Part shown: one piece after another, positions 1 through 9,941 of the stretch
Layout: every line of letters starts with the position of its first letter
Numbering within the stretch: position 1 is the first letter of the stretch
From: a candidate division WOR-3 bacterium
GTDB taxonomy: Bacteria > Hydrothermota > Tepidihabitantia > Tepidihabitantales > Tepidihabitantaceae
DNA length: 64,000 nucleotides
Assembly: GCA_965649295.1 (NCBI GenBank)
Contig: CBFGKH010000001.1
Location: 65,657 to 129,656, forward strand
Direction: 5' to 3'
Notes under the pieces: generated by a model
What the model saw: the letters and a program-made list of their open reading frames with translations, nothing else
What the model was told of the DNA's origin: nothing
The model's database searches: none
Made by a program: the position numbers and the translations under genes

Positions 1-9
1 TGTCGCGGT

Positions 10-894
10 TCAACCGGCAACCTCGGCCTGCATCTCGTCGGATATTGCAAGGTAGATGCCGGTGCAGACGATGGTGCCGCCGAGTATCTCGAAGCTGGTC
101 GGCGGTGACTTGAGAATCAGCCACGCCAGCAGGGTTGTGCCGACTGGCTCACCCAGCACCGCCATTGCCACTGCCGGTGCTGAGATGTACCGCAGCGCCC
201 AGTTAAAACTAGTATGGCCAAGCAGTTGCGGCCCAAGCGCCATCAGGAGAATAAAGAGCCATGTCAGCGGCTTGTAGCCGCTAAACCGCTGGCCTGCGGC
301 CAAAGCGACTAGCACAAGGATAACCGCAGCAACTCCATAGATAACATAGATGTACGATGTGAGCGACAACCGTTGCCTGACCCGTCGGCCTGCCATCAAG
401 TAACCGCCGGCACAGGCCGCACCGCCAAGCGCCAGCAGATTGCCGACAGTTGAACCAGCTGAAGACAGTTGTGGCCCGGCGATGACCGCGGCGCCGACCG
501 CTCCAAGAACAACAGCCAGCACGATGCGCCAGGATACTTTCTCACGCAGGATGATTGGTGACAAGACAGCAACGAAAATTGGATTCATCGCCACGAGCAC
601 GACCGAACTGGCCACGCTGGTGCGATTGAGCGACTCAATCCAGAGGGCAAAGTGCGCGGCCAGAAGCACACCAGCCAGAAGCAACGGCCACCACGGAATC
701 CTGACCAGCTCCTGCCTACGAGTCGGCCAGCGGGCAAAGAAGATGGGCGTCAATACCAGCGTGGCGATTCCCATACGTGCTGCTGCTATCACGATGCTCG
801 GTGCCGGGGTGAGCTTGATGAGAATTGAGGCAAATGAGAGCACGACAACACCGGCCCCAAGTCCCGCCAGAACTCGTACCCGCGACACAGCCAT
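10..894 (-). CDS. DMT/EamA-family transporter (10 TM, two EamA repeats)
   Basis: 294-aa ORF. Hydrophobic throughout with Gly/Ala-rich TM helices, typical of the duplicated EamA drug/metabolite exporter fold. Ends 10 bp upstream of the comEC stop. Confidence 0.75.
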   Translation of the reverse strand: MAVSRVRVLAGLGAGVVVLSFASILIKLTPAPSIVIAAARMGIATLVLTPIFFARWPTRRQELVRIPWWPLLLAGVLLAAHFALWIESLNRTSVASSVVLVAMNPIFVAVLSPIILREKVSWRIVLAVVLGAVGAAVIAGPQLSSAGSTVGNLLALGGAACAGGYLMAGRRVRQRLSLTSYIYVIYGVAAVILVLVALAAGQRFSGYKPLTWLFILLMALGPQLLGHTSFNWALRYISAPAVAMAVLGEPVGTTLLAWLILKSPPTSFEILGGTIVCTGIYLAISDEMQAEVAG

Positions 895-904
895 CGCTAC
901 ACTC

Positions 905-3259
905 TCACGGCAGAATGGCTGCTGTCAAGGCAGGCTTCATCCGCATCAACGAGGGTCTGTTCGGGCCGAACCGGATAATGAACCCACCGTCGCGTCGAGT
1001 ATTGATATAATCAATATCGCTGTCGGCGAATCGCTGCTCAAGCCGGGCCGGAGTTGGATACCGTCCCATGACCACCACGTGCTTCGGTTGCACCAAAAGA
1101 AAGAGCGAGTCAGGATTGCCTTTGCGGCTACCGTGATGGGGTGACTTGAGCAAGTCAGCCTGGCCGCTACTGCGCCACCATTCGCCTTCCGCATCGCCAG
1201 TGAGTAGCATCACAAAGCCAGCGTGCTCCACCCGCGCGACCAACGAGACACTGTTGGTCGGCAGCAACCCTGCCTCGTAGAGACCAACATCAGCTGGCTG
1301 TGGTGCAACGAACCGTACCGAGAAACCGAATCCACAGAGGCTGTCTCCAGCCCGGACCGCTTCAATAACGGTACCCTGCGCTCGTAATCGCGCAAGCAAC
1401 TGGTCGTAGCCTGAATCACGACTGAAGAGCGTCGGCACGAGCAGCCGCTCAATCTTCACTCGTTCCGGCAGGTCCAGCAGCCCGCCATAATGGTCGCGGT
1501 CTGGATGGGTGACAACAGCCGCGGCGATGCGATGCACACCTCGGCTGCGCAGGAAGTCGCGCAAGATACCCGGCCCGTCAATACCAGCATCGAAGAGAAC
1601 ACATCTACCCAGGCTATCTGACAAGATCACGGCGTCGCCCCTGTCTGGATCAAGAAAGACGGCTTCGGTTACAGGCCGGCGCAAGCTATAGCTCCAAAGA
1701 CCAAACCCGACACCGATGGCAACCAGCAGAAGGAAGAGCCGCCGTGCCCAGCGGCGCTGCCAGCCAAGCAAGAGCAGCACTGTTGCGTAACACCACAATA
1801 CCCAAGGCCAGGCAAGCCTGCCCGGTTCCCAGATTGCCCAGTCCATTCGACCAAGAACCGTGCCAAGCTTCAATACGAACCAAAGCACAAGCCACAGCGA
1901 CTGGGCGACAATTCCGGCCAGCCCGGCCCAGATTGCCCGCGCGACCAGCACCAGCAAGCCCAGCGGCACTGCTAGACCAACAAGCACCGACACAAGAAAG
2001 GTAGAAAGAAACGCCAGCGGCTGCACCCGATAGAAGTGATGTAGCAGCAGCGGCGCGGTAACTACAGTCGCTGTCATTGAAACACCCATTGGCAGCCAGA
2101 TGTAACGCTTCAACCAGCGCCCGAATCCTGCCTCGACCTGAATCCGGCCCAGACGTTCCGAGGCGATAACTATTCCTGCAGTCGCTACAAAAGAAAGCTG
2201 TGCGCCCACATCGAATAACGACAGTGGGTCTATGAGCAACAGGACTATTCCGACCGAACAGAGTGTCGCCAAGGTCGAAACGCGGCGTTGAAGCTGCATC
2301 CCTAACAGCCAGAGCATTGCCATCAGTCCGGCCCGAGCCGGTGCTGCTGACCAGCCGCAGAGCGATACATACAGCACGACGACCGCCAAGGTTATCCCGA
2401 ACCTCCACCAGCCTCTGATGCCGGCCACTGCTAGTAGAGTCCAGACTACACCGATGACGATGGCGACGTTCATACCCGAAACCGCCAGGATGTGCAAAAT
2501 CCCGGCATCAGTGAACGCAATCCTGGTCTCCTCGGGCAACCCGGCACTACCGCCGAGTAGCAATCCGTTCATAAGACCGGCTTCTGCCGGCGGCAGATAC
2601 CGAGCAAAGGTCGCCCGAATGAAACGGCCAAGAGGCATGACTACCAGCCGCAGCCAGACTGAGCCGCGATTGCAGCCAATCACTGCTACTTGGCTAGCGC
2701 TAGCATTCGTTGTGCCAACAAATCCCTGGCGCTGATAGTACTCGTTTCTGTCCGGTAGCCCAGGGTTACGCGGATAGTCAAGTGGCCTTACTCTGGCACT
2801 AATTCGTACCATGTCACCATACTTCAGCGCTAGCGAGTCTTGAGACCAGACGCGCACCTTCCCATGCCAGGGGCGGTCAAGACTGACAACTACTGCCCAA
2901 TAGTCAGCACCAGCCGGCTCCTCAACTACCACGCCGACGAAACTTGAGGCTGCATAGAGACTTGGGTCAACTGTCACTGGTTTGCGGAAACCAACATAGA
3001 GCGCACCGGCAGCAAGCACAGCAAGATACAGCGATAGCCCACGCGTCACAAGTGTGCCTGCCAGCGCAACAAACGCCACCAAAGCAGGAACCCACCACGG
3101 CAGCGGCAAGGCACGTCCAATAGCAATCCCGGTCGCCAGTGCCAGAAGCACTCGCGCGGCCGCATGACGTAGGCCAAGCCTTGCCTCGGACAGACCAAAC
3201 ATGGCATCGAGCCTAGACCCAGCAGACGAACAGTCAAGCAGTTGCGGCCAATGTCGCAC
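905..3259 (-). CDS. comEC: DNA internalization competence protein ComEC/Rec2 (membrane domain plus C-terminal metallo-beta-lactamase domain)
   Basis: 784 aa. Polytopic N-terminus followed by an MBL-fold motif VVTHPDRDHYGGLLDL and SPHHGSRKGN near the C-terminus. This is the characteristic ComEC architecture. Confidence 0.85.
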   Translation of the reverse strand: MRHWPQLLDCSSAGSRLDAMFGLSEARLGLRHAAARVLLALATGIAIGRALPLPWWVPALVAFVALAGTLVTRGLSLYLAVLAAGALYVGFRKPVTVDPSLYAASSFVGVVVEEPAGADYWAVVVSLDRPWHGKVRVWSQDSLALKYGDMVRISARVRPLDYPRNPGLPDRNEYYQRQGFVGTTNASASQVAVIGCNRGSVWLRLVVMPLGRFIRATFARYLPPAEAGLMNGLLLGGSAGLPEETRIAFTDAGILHILAVSGMNVAIVIGVVWTLLAVAGIRGWWRFGITLAVVVLYVSLCGWSAAPARAGLMAMLWLLGMQLQRRVSTLATLCSVGIVLLLIDPLSLFDVGAQLSFVATAGIVIASERLGRIQVEAGFGRWLKRYIWLPMGVSMTATVVTAPLLLHHFYRVQPLAFLSTFLVSVLVGLAVPLGLLVLVARAIWAGLAGIVAQSLWLVLWFVLKLGTVLGRMDWAIWEPGRLAWPWVLWCYATVLLLLGWQRRWARRLFLLLVAIGVGFGLWSYSLRRPVTEAVFLDPDRGDAVILSDSLGRCVLFDAGIDGPGILRDFLRSRGVHRIAAAVVTHPDRDHYGGLLDLPERVKIERLLVPTLFSRDSGYDQLLARLRAQGTVIEAVRAGDSLCGFGFSVRFVAPQPADVGLYEAGLLPTNSVSLVARVEHAGFVMLLTGDAEGEWWRSSGQADLLKSPHHGSRKGNPDSLFLLVQPKHVVVMGRYPTPARLEQRFADSDIDYINTRRDGGFIIRFGPNRPSLMRMKPALTAAILP

Positions 3260-3323
3260 CTATCCATCCCACACGAGAGAAGTTTGACATTCCGCCACTT
3301 GTGGAGTAGACTTTCCCGTCAGC

Positions 3324-5045
3324 TTGATGAGCGCAATACTGACGCTGGGTTTACTACTGGGGATGCACCTCGGTCAATCCGAGCTGCCGCCTAATCCGCC
3401 TGTTCCTGCTGCTCCGTTCCGCCTCGCGTCCTTTGTTTTCCAGCGACTGCCATCGTTTGCCTATGCCGGCGAACCGTTTGCCGTGGTCATCGAGACTCGC
3501 GACGAGGTTGGCCAACCCTATCCATATTCAGGCCTTGCTCGAATCTCGACGACACTGGACCAGAACTTTGTCTATGTTACGCCAACCCAGGTTTCATTCC
3601 TAAATGGTCGCTGCAGCACCTACCTAAGTCTCACTCTCGCTGACACCCTCCAGCTGCGCTGCTCTGACCCAGGCAACCAGGTGACCAGCACCAGTGCACC
3701 GATTGAGGTCTTTCCCGGCCTGCCCAGCCGGTTTCTCACTGTCATGCCTGGTGAAGAACTGGCACCCGGTTCGCCGACCGGTCGTCGGATAGCGCCCGAT
3801 GCCCACATTGCCGGTGACACGTTCTCCTTTGATGTCTATGTCACCGACTCGTGCTTCAACGTCATCCGAACTCGCCAGGATAGTGTTACTTTTTCGGCAA
3901 CTGACAACTTTTCCCGGCTGCCGACTGGCGGTCGTCTGACCAACGGTCAGGGACGGTTCACCGCCGCGATTCGAACTGCCGGTACTCATCGGCTTCGCAC
4001 CCGGGCAGCTGAGTCGTCCCCAATCCGGCCCGACACATCATCACCGTTCGCAGTCCTGCCTGGCGGTTATCAGCAACTGCAGCTCCTTCTGCCTGGAGAA
4101 CAACTGCTGCCCGGTGACACCACCACTTCGATCTGGCAGACACCTGGGAAGTCAGGCACACCGACACCTCAGTTTCTGCGCACACCGTTTCCGGTTCGGG
4201 TAGTCGCCTGCGACCGCTGCTGGAATCGGACCACTGGACTTGGCGACACAATAACCCTCAACTCCAACTCGGTCATTAGTTTCACCCCAACAATGGCAGT
4301 GCTCGACGATAGCGCGGTGCTATCGCTTGAGTTCGGCACAGCCGGACCAAGCCAGACCATTCGCGCCGTCAGCACCAGAACTGGCCGGGCTTCATACTGG
4401 AACTACATTGAGATACGTGCCCGCGGCGCCCGCCTGTTCGTTCGGGCACCGGACACTGTTCGGGCCGGCGAGACCACCCACGTTGAAGTCACAGTTCTTG
4501 ATGCCAATTCCAACCCAGTAGTGGCAACCCGTTGTGACTTCCAGGTTACATCCGGCCGGGGTGAGATACTCGACCCAGCCCTGTTGACCGACACCCTTGG
4601 TCGCTGCCAGGCCCGTTTTCTCTGCTCGCGGGCGGTTTTCACTGAGACGGACTCAATTCGTATCCGCTCTGGCACTGCTGATACAACCATCGCCATCGCC
4701 GTCACCGTTCCCGATAGCGCAGTAATGAAAGGCCAGGTTGTAGCATTCCCTAACCCATTTGGCAACCCATCCGGTAACCGCACCTCTACCGTCTTGACCT
4801 ACAATCTACCCTACGGCGCTGACGTGACGCTAATGATTCATGACCCCTTCGGCAACGAAGTCCTCACCCGCCGCTTCACCCGTAACCAGCCTGGCGCTCT
4901 TGCTGGCATCAACCAGGTTCGCTGGGACGGAACCAACAGTCAGGGGCGCCGTGTTGCCAGCGGTATCTATTCGGTGCTGGTAATCGCCCAATCGCACACT
5001 GGCATTGCCTATCGTGGCACAACCCGCGTCGGAGTCGTATGGTAG
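3324..5045 (+). CDS. Secreted Ig-like-repeat protein with C-terminal FlgD-Ig-like domain
   Basis: Signal-peptide-like N-terminus MMSAILTLGLLLGMHLG. The C-terminal ~100 aa read AFPNPF...ADVTLMIHDPFGNEVL...VRWDGTNSQGRRVASGIYSV, the FlgD immunoglobulin-like fold signature (WDGtd..G..v.sGvY). The stop overlaps the next gene's start by 7 nt. Confidence 0.7.
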   Translation: MMSAILTLGLLLGMHLGQSELPPNPPVPAAPFRLASFVFQRLPSFAYAGEPFAVVIETRDEVGQPYPYSGLARISTTLDQNFVYVTPTQVSFLNGRCSTYLSLTLADTLQLRCSDPGNQVTSTSAPIEVFPGLPSRFLTVMPGEELAPGSPTGRRIAPDAHIAGDTFSFDVYVTDSCFNVIRTRQDSVTFSATDNFSRLPTGGRLTNGQGRFTAAIRTAGTHRLRTRAAESSPIRPDTSSPFAVLPGGYQQLQLLLPGEQLLPGDTTTSIWQTPGKSGTPTPQFLRTPFPVRVVACDRCWNRTTGLGDTITLNSNSVISFTPTMAVLDDSAVLSLEFGTAGPSQTIRAVSTRTGRASYWNYIEIRARGARLFVRAPDTVRAGETTHVEVTVLDANSNPVVATRCDFQVTSGRGEILDPALLTDTLGRCQARFLCSRAVFTETDSIRIRSGTADTTIAIAVTVPDSAVMKGQVVAFPNPFGNPSGNRTSTVLTYNLPYGADVTLMIHDPFGNEVLTRRFTRNQPGALAGINQVRWDGTNSQGRRVASGIYSVLVIAQSHTGIAYRGTTRVGVVW

Positions 5046-6331
5046 CTCGGCTTAGTCTGTTGCTCATTGCCACCTTCGCCTTCGCCAGTGAAGGTGGACT
5101 GGCCGGTGCCTTCCTTGACTATGGTGCTGGGCCGCGCAGTCTGGCAATGGGACGTGCCTTCGGCGCGGTCGCTGACGATGCCCAGGCCGGTTACTTCAAC
5201 CCCGCCGGACTCTTCCAGCTCAACGCCCAGGAAGTCATTCTTGCCCATTCCCAGCTCTATGGTGCCAGGATGGAATACATCGCCTATGCTTTACCGACTC
5301 GCGGCCTGGGCACCTTCGGTCTCGTCCTCATCAACTACGGCGCCGAAGGTATCGAATCGCGCACGCCCGAAAACAACCGCTACCAGAACTACATCTTTGC
5401 CGAGAACGCCTATCTTGCTTCGTATGCTTACAACCCCTGGCCTTTTCTTGGCTTTGGTGCCAATCTGAAGCTTGTCACCAAGAACCTCGCTGAATACGCT
5501 GACGTCAGCGTGGGAGCTGATGTCGGTGCCCTATTACTCTGGCCAAGACCACTAAGCTTTGCCTTATCGGTCCAGAATCTGATACAACCCAGCCTCCAGC
5601 TCGCGAACATCGCCGACATCTACCCGCGCGGCCTGCGTGCTGGCAGTGCGGTGCGTCTGCTTGGTGGCCGGGCAGTCATCGCCATGGACGCGACGATGCC
5701 ACTCCTTCAGGAAGCTGACCCAGTCACCGGCTATCTGACCAACCGCTTCGTACCCCGTCCAGTGCTGCACGGTGGGGTCGAGTTTGCGCTTGTTCCCGGG
5801 GTACTCATCCAACGTATCGGTATTGACCCGGACTACATAACCTTTGGCCTTGGGATTCACAAGTCCTGGGGTCGCATGGGCATTGGCGTTGACTACGCGG
5901 TGCTCTTACACCACCGTTCTGACTATCTAATGACGCCTACCCACAAACTCGGGGCCTTCCTCTCATTTGCCGGATTCCGGGTCTGGATTGATGCCCAGCC
6001 CTCGCTGTTCAGCCCAACGCCTGAAGATAAACAGAACGTCCTCTGGATGGACGTTCGCCTGATGACCAGGGCCGCGGTCAAACGCTGGCAGGTACTAATC
6101 AAAAATCATCTCGGTGAAGTCGTCCGCTCCTACAGTGGCTGGGACCAGCCGCCGCTGCGGCTCACTTGGGACGGCCTTGATGATGCTGGCCGACTGGTGG
6201 CTGACGGCCGCTACAGCTACGACATCGTCGTCGTTGACCAGCGCGACCGCTCGCTTAACTTCAGCGGCAGCCTGACCGAAGTCCGAACCCGCGGCCCTGA
6301 GGGCCGCTTCGAGATTCGCCCGAACCAGTAA
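5039..6331 (+). CDS. PorV/PorQ-family (T9SS-type) outer-membrane beta-barrel protein with C-terminal FlgD-Ig-like domain
   Basis: After the signal peptide the N-terminus reads LDYGAGPRSLAMGRAFGAVADDAQAGYFNPAGL, the hallmark start of the PorV/PorQ/UPF0164 family. The central part has alternating beta-strand character. The C-terminal ~85 aa read LRLTWDGLDDAGRLVADGRYSYDIVVVD, an FlgD-Ig-like domain. Confidence 0.65.
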   Translation: MVARLSLLLIATFAFASEGGLAGAFLDYGAGPRSLAMGRAFGAVADDAQAGYFNPAGLFQLNAQEVILAHSQLYGARMEYIAYALPTRGLGTFGLVLINYGAEGIESRTPENNRYQNYIFAENAYLASYAYNPWPFLGFGANLKLVTKNLAEYADVSVGADVGALLLWPRPLSFALSVQNLIQPSLQLANIADIYPRGLRAGSAVRLLGGRAVIAMDATMPLLQEADPVTGYLTNRFVPRPVLHGGVEFALVPGVLIQRIGIDPDYITFGLGIHKSWGRMGIGVDYAVLLHHRSDYLMTPTHKLGAFLSFAGFRVWIDAQPSLFSPTPEDKQNVLWMDVRLMTRAAVKRWQVLIKNHLGEVVRSYSGWDQPPLRLTWDGLDDAGRLVADGRYSYDIVVVDQRDRSLNFSGSLTEVRTRGPEGRFEIRPNQ

Positions 6332-6337
6332 CTGACA

Positions 6338-8824
6338 ATGACCGCGCTGCTCATCCTTGCGCTCGTTAGCGCACTTAGCCAGACCCAACTCCGTTCACTT
6401 GTTGAACGGTACAATCAGGCTCAAACCGCCATTGAGTCTCAAGACTACAACCGGGCCGGTGGGATACTGGGCGGGCTCGTTCGGGAGTATGGCAAGAGTG
6501 AGTTCGGCGATGAACTGCGCTATGCGCAGGCTGAGACCTATTTCAACCTTGGCCGTTACGAACAAGCACACAGCCTGTTTGCCAGCATCCTTGATCGGAC
6601 TCAGTATAGCTATATCAAACCCGAAGCCATGTATGGTCTGGCCATATCAGCGATAATGCTCGGCAACTATCGTGAGGCCCAACTAACCCTGGAGCGGCTG
6701 GCCAAGCAGCCTGGTTATGACAAAGACAGCCGGACCAACTTTGCAGCCGGTGTGCTCTACTACTTCCAACGCGATTACGACCAGGCTATCGCCCGGCTGA
6801 CCGGCGTCGAGTTACCCGAAGCCAAGTTCTTTCTCGCCAAGAGCCTCGCCCAGACCCGCAAGCCACTGCCGGCCCTGCTCAAGTTCCGCGAGATTGCTAC
6901 TGACGTGCCGAATACGCCACTGGCAACTATGGCCCATTTCGCGGCTGGCCAGGCCTTGTTCCTCAACCATGACTACGACGGCGCTCGGGCAAAGCTCCAG
7001 TTCTTCATTGATAACTTCCCGTTCTCACCGCTGGCTGATTATGCGAGCTATTACCTGGGCTGCGCCCTAATTGCCCAGAAGCAGTATGCGGCGGCTGCCG
7101 ACCGGCTGCTGCCGCTCACTCGGCATCAGAACAACATCCTCGCTGCCCATGCCAACTACTTCATCGGTCAGACCGACCTGGCGCTAGGCCAGGCCCAACG
7201 GGCAGTTGAACGGTTCCAGCGCGTCCGGGCCAACTTTCCAAAGACCAAGGTCGCCAGCTTTGCTAACCTCCAGCTCGCTCAAGCCATGCTCGCCACCGCC
7301 GATACAATGCAGACCCTGCTTGCCACCAGTCAACTGGCAACGATGTTCCGTACCGGTGAACTGTCCGGCGTTGGCAACTACTTGTCTGGCGTCATCTGCT
7401 ATCAGCTCGGCCAGTATCAGCAGGCAGCCGAGCAGTTCGAAAACATCCTCACGACCTATGCGCAGACTGCCTTGCGCGAGCCAGCCTGCGCGATGCTGCT
7501 CCTCGCCTACAACAGCGCTGGCCAGTTCGAAAAAGCAGTAGCAATTGGCGCCAAGTATGTTGCCGACTATCCTGAGGACACGACCGGTTGGCGCGCCCGC
7601 ACACTCTACTTTCTCGCCGAAGGCCTGTATTACGACCGCAAGTACAGCGAAGCCGACGCCTATTACCAGCAGGCCTACACCCATCCAGCCGGGTCCGACA
7701 TCGCCGCTTATGCACGGCTCGGCCGCTGCTACTGCCTCTATCACAACGGCCGCCTGAACGAGGCTGCCAGCGGATTTCAGGGACTGCTCAACGCCCGACT
7801 CGCCGACACCCTCTTCACGATCAGCGCCTACCTAGGCTACGGCTACACACTGTTCAACCAAAAGGAATACCTCAAAGCCCTCGACGTCTTCGAACCACTA
7901 CTAGCGACATTTCCCGACAAGCCGCTGGCTGGCATTCCTGGCTACTTCTACGCCGGCTACTGCTACTATCAGCTTCAGTACTACGGCCAGGCAGTCGAAA
8001 CCTGGACTCAGCTCCTGACCCGCTACCCAGAAAAGAATCCGAAGGCTGCCGAAGCCGCTTTTCGCACCGGTGACACCTATTTCAAGGCGCTCGAATACGA
8101 CAAGGCCATCGCCACTTTCAACTTCGTAATCGAGCGCTACCCCTTCTCTGAGTTCGGCCCGCCCGCACAGGCACTGATTGCCCAATGCTACTACAACCGC
8201 AAGCAGTTCCTTGACGCAGTGCGCGAGTACCAGAAGTTCCTCGACCTCTATCCGTCCGACCCACAGGTCCCGAGTGTCCGCCGCAGCCTGGAAATGAGCT
8301 ACTATCTGGCTGGCCAGCAAGACTCAGCGGTCATGGACGACTTCCTTCGTCGTTTCCCCACCTCTGAGCTCGCTGCCGAGGGCCAGTATAACCGCGGCAA
8401 AGCACTCTACGACGCCGGCAACTACGAGGCTGCGATTGCCGAACTCCAGCAGGCCGTTGTCAACTTCCCTGGCTCGGCGATTGCTGGCGACGCTCAACTG
8501 CTCACTGCCGAGGCCTACTCCCAGCTTGGTCGCTGGCCCGAAGCCGCGCTCGCCTACGAGAAGTATTTCGCCTACTTCCCCAACCACGAGCAACGCGCCG
8601 GCGCCACCTTCAATCTTGCCTCTGCCTACTTCAATGCCGGCGAATACCAAAAGAGTCTCGACCGATTCCAGCAGGTGATAGACTCATTCCCGGAATCGGA
8701 GTACGTTGAGAGTGCCCGGGCCAACGTTGCCCTGGCCCGCCGTCGCCTCGGCGCCGCCGTCGGCGGCGAAGCCATGCCCAACGAGACACCGCTTCCGCCA
8801 ACCCAAGGAGAAACAAAGCAATGA
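6338..8824 (+). CDS. Tetratricopeptide-repeat protein (828 aa, YbgF/CpoB-like TPR but far larger)
   Basis: Signal peptide followed by more than 15 degenerate 34-residue repeats, with the recurring A..Y..G.Y..A...F..(L) TPR pattern. The stop overlaps the exbB start (ATGA). Confidence 0.8.
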   Translation: MTALLILALVSALSQTQLRSLVERYNQAQTAIESQDYNRAGGILGGLVREYGKSEFGDELRYAQAETYFNLGRYEQAHSLFASILDRTQYSYIKPEAMYGLAISAIMLGNYREAQLTLERLAKQPGYDKDSRTNFAAGVLYYFQRDYDQAIARLTGVELPEAKFFLAKSLAQTRKPLPALLKFREIATDVPNTPLATMAHFAAGQALFLNHDYDGARAKLQFFIDNFPFSPLADYASYYLGCALIAQKQYAAAADRLLPLTRHQNNILAAHANYFIGQTDLALGQAQRAVERFQRVRANFPKTKVASFANLQLAQAMLATADTMQTLLATSQLATMFRTGELSGVGNYLSGVICYQLGQYQQAAEQFENILTTYAQTALREPACAMLLLAYNSAGQFEKAVAIGAKYVADYPEDTTGWRARTLYFLAEGLYYDRKYSEADAYYQQAYTHPAGSDIAAYARLGRCYCLYHNGRLNEAASGFQGLLNARLADTLFTISAYLGYGYTLFNQKEYLKALDVFEPLLATFPDKPLAGIPGYFYAGYCYYQLQYYGQAVETWTQLLTRYPEKNPKAAEAAFRTGDTYFKALEYDKAIATFNFVIERYPFSEFGPPAQALIAQCYYNRKQFLDAVREYQKFLDLYPSDPQVPSVRRSLEMSYYLAGQQDSAVMDDFLRRFPTSELAAEGQYNRGKALYDAGNYEAAIAELQQAVVNFPGSAIAGDAQLLTAEAYSQLGRWPEAALAYEKYFAYFPNHEQRAGATFNLASAYFNAGEYQKSLDRFQQVIDSFPESEYVESARANVALARRRLGAAVGGEAMPNETPLPPTQGETKQ

Positions 8825-9528
8825 TTCTTGGCCGGAGTCTTTTCGACATCTTTCGCTCCAGCATCGTGATGGTTGCCCTGCTTATCGCCTCCATCGCGGC
8901 CCTGGCGCTAATTATCGAGCGATTGTGGTATTTCTACCGCAACCGTTTCAACACTGGCAAAGGCTTGGTCGAACTACGCCGCCGACTACTTAACGGTGGG
9001 CCAAACGCGGCCTTGGAATGGGCCAAAACCCAACAGAACCCCATGGGCCGGATGTTTGTTGTCGCCCTCGAAAACCTCAGTCTGTCCAGTGACGAGCTGG
9101 CCGACCTGCTCTACAGTCTCATCCTCGAAGAGCGACTGCGGTTTGAACGGATGCTTGGCGGTATGGGCACGCTTGCCAACGTCGCCACCCTGCTCGGCCT
9201 GCTCGGCACAGTCACCGGTCTCATCAATGCCTTTGCCAACATCGCTGCCACTGGCTCCGGCGGACCAGCCGTTGTCTCGCGCGGCATTGCCGAAGCCCTC
9301 ATCACCACCGCCTTTGGTCTATTCATCGGTATCCCGACACTCTTCTTCTACAACTACTTCTCCAAAAAGGCTGCCGATATCGCCATCATGCTCGAAAGCG
9401 CCTCTGACCGGCTCGTCGTCCTACTATCCCGAACTCAGTCCGCTAACCAGCAACCAGCGCCGGTTGCCGCTCCGCCCCCACCGCCGCCCAAGCCCCAGCC
9501 GACAGAGGACACTAACTGGAAGTTCTAA
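8821..9528 (+). CDS. exbB: MotA/TolQ/ExbB proton-channel protein
   Basis: 235 aa with three TM helices, IIERLWYFYR at the N-terminus and the conserved LGLLGTVTGLINAF...TAFGLFIGIPTLFFYNYF C-terminal helices. The C-terminus carries a Pro-rich tail. Confidence 0.85.
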   Translation: MILGRSLFDIFRSSIVMVALLIASIAALALIIERLWYFYRNRFNTGKGLVELRRRLLNGGPNAALEWAKTQQNPMGRMFVVALENLSLSSDELADLLYSLILEERLRFERMLGGMGTLANVATLLGLLGTVTGLINAFANIAATGSGGPAVVSRGIAEALITTAFGLFIGIPTLFFYNYFSKKAADIAIMLESASDRLVVLLSRTQSANQQPAPVAAPPPPPPKPQPTEDTNWKF

Positions 9529-9941
9529 TGCGTCGCCGGCCGGTTGAACGTCCCCGCAACGAACTGATTCTCACCTCGCTCGTTGACATCGCCCTCTCAC
9601 TGGTCATCGGCTTCATGGTGGCAATGCCGCTCTTTTTTGAAACCGGTATCTTTGTCTCGGCTCCAGCGGCAACCCGCGCCGGCCAGAACGAACCTGGTTC
9701 CGACATCAAAGCGAACATCTATCTGACCGACGACGGCCGCACCCTGCTCAACGAGTCACCGGTCACCACCGAAGAACTGGCCGAGCTGCTACCCAAGCTA
9801 CTCGATCGCAGCGTTGAGAAACGAGTGATAATTGCCACTGACGACCAGGTCGTGTATGATAGGGTAATGCGCATACTCGACCTGGCCAAACAATCTGGCG
9901 CTGCTGACCTGGCGCTGCTGCGCCGCCGGAGGGCACCATGA
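9528..9941 (+). CDS. exbD: ExbD/TolR biopolymer transport protein
   Basis: 137 aa. The N-terminus reads ELILTSLVDIALSLVIGFMV, the ExbD single TM helix with its conserved Asp, followed by a periplasmic domain. The start overlaps the exbB stop. Confidence 0.85.
   Translation: MRRRPVERPRNELILTSLVDIALSLVIGFMVAMPLFFETGIFVSAPAATRAGQNEPGSDIKANIYLTDDGRTLLNESPVTTEELAELLPKLLDRSVEKRVIIATDDQVVYDRVMRILDLAKQSGAADLALLRRRRAP

Noticed and set aside
440-1144. Long antisense or overlapping ORFs inside annotated genes. Examples: 440-1144 (+), 1686-2408 (-), 3624-3989 (-), 7184-7744 (-), 8996-9547 (+), 10499-11143 (+), 11603-12199 (-), 55508-56002 (-), 58596-59354 (+).
   Set aside because: High-GC genomes produce long stop-free antisense frames. 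Their translations are Arg/Pro/Ser/Ala-rich low-complexity strings with no recognisable motifs. Each lies wholly within a gene that has a clear family signature on the opposite or another frame.
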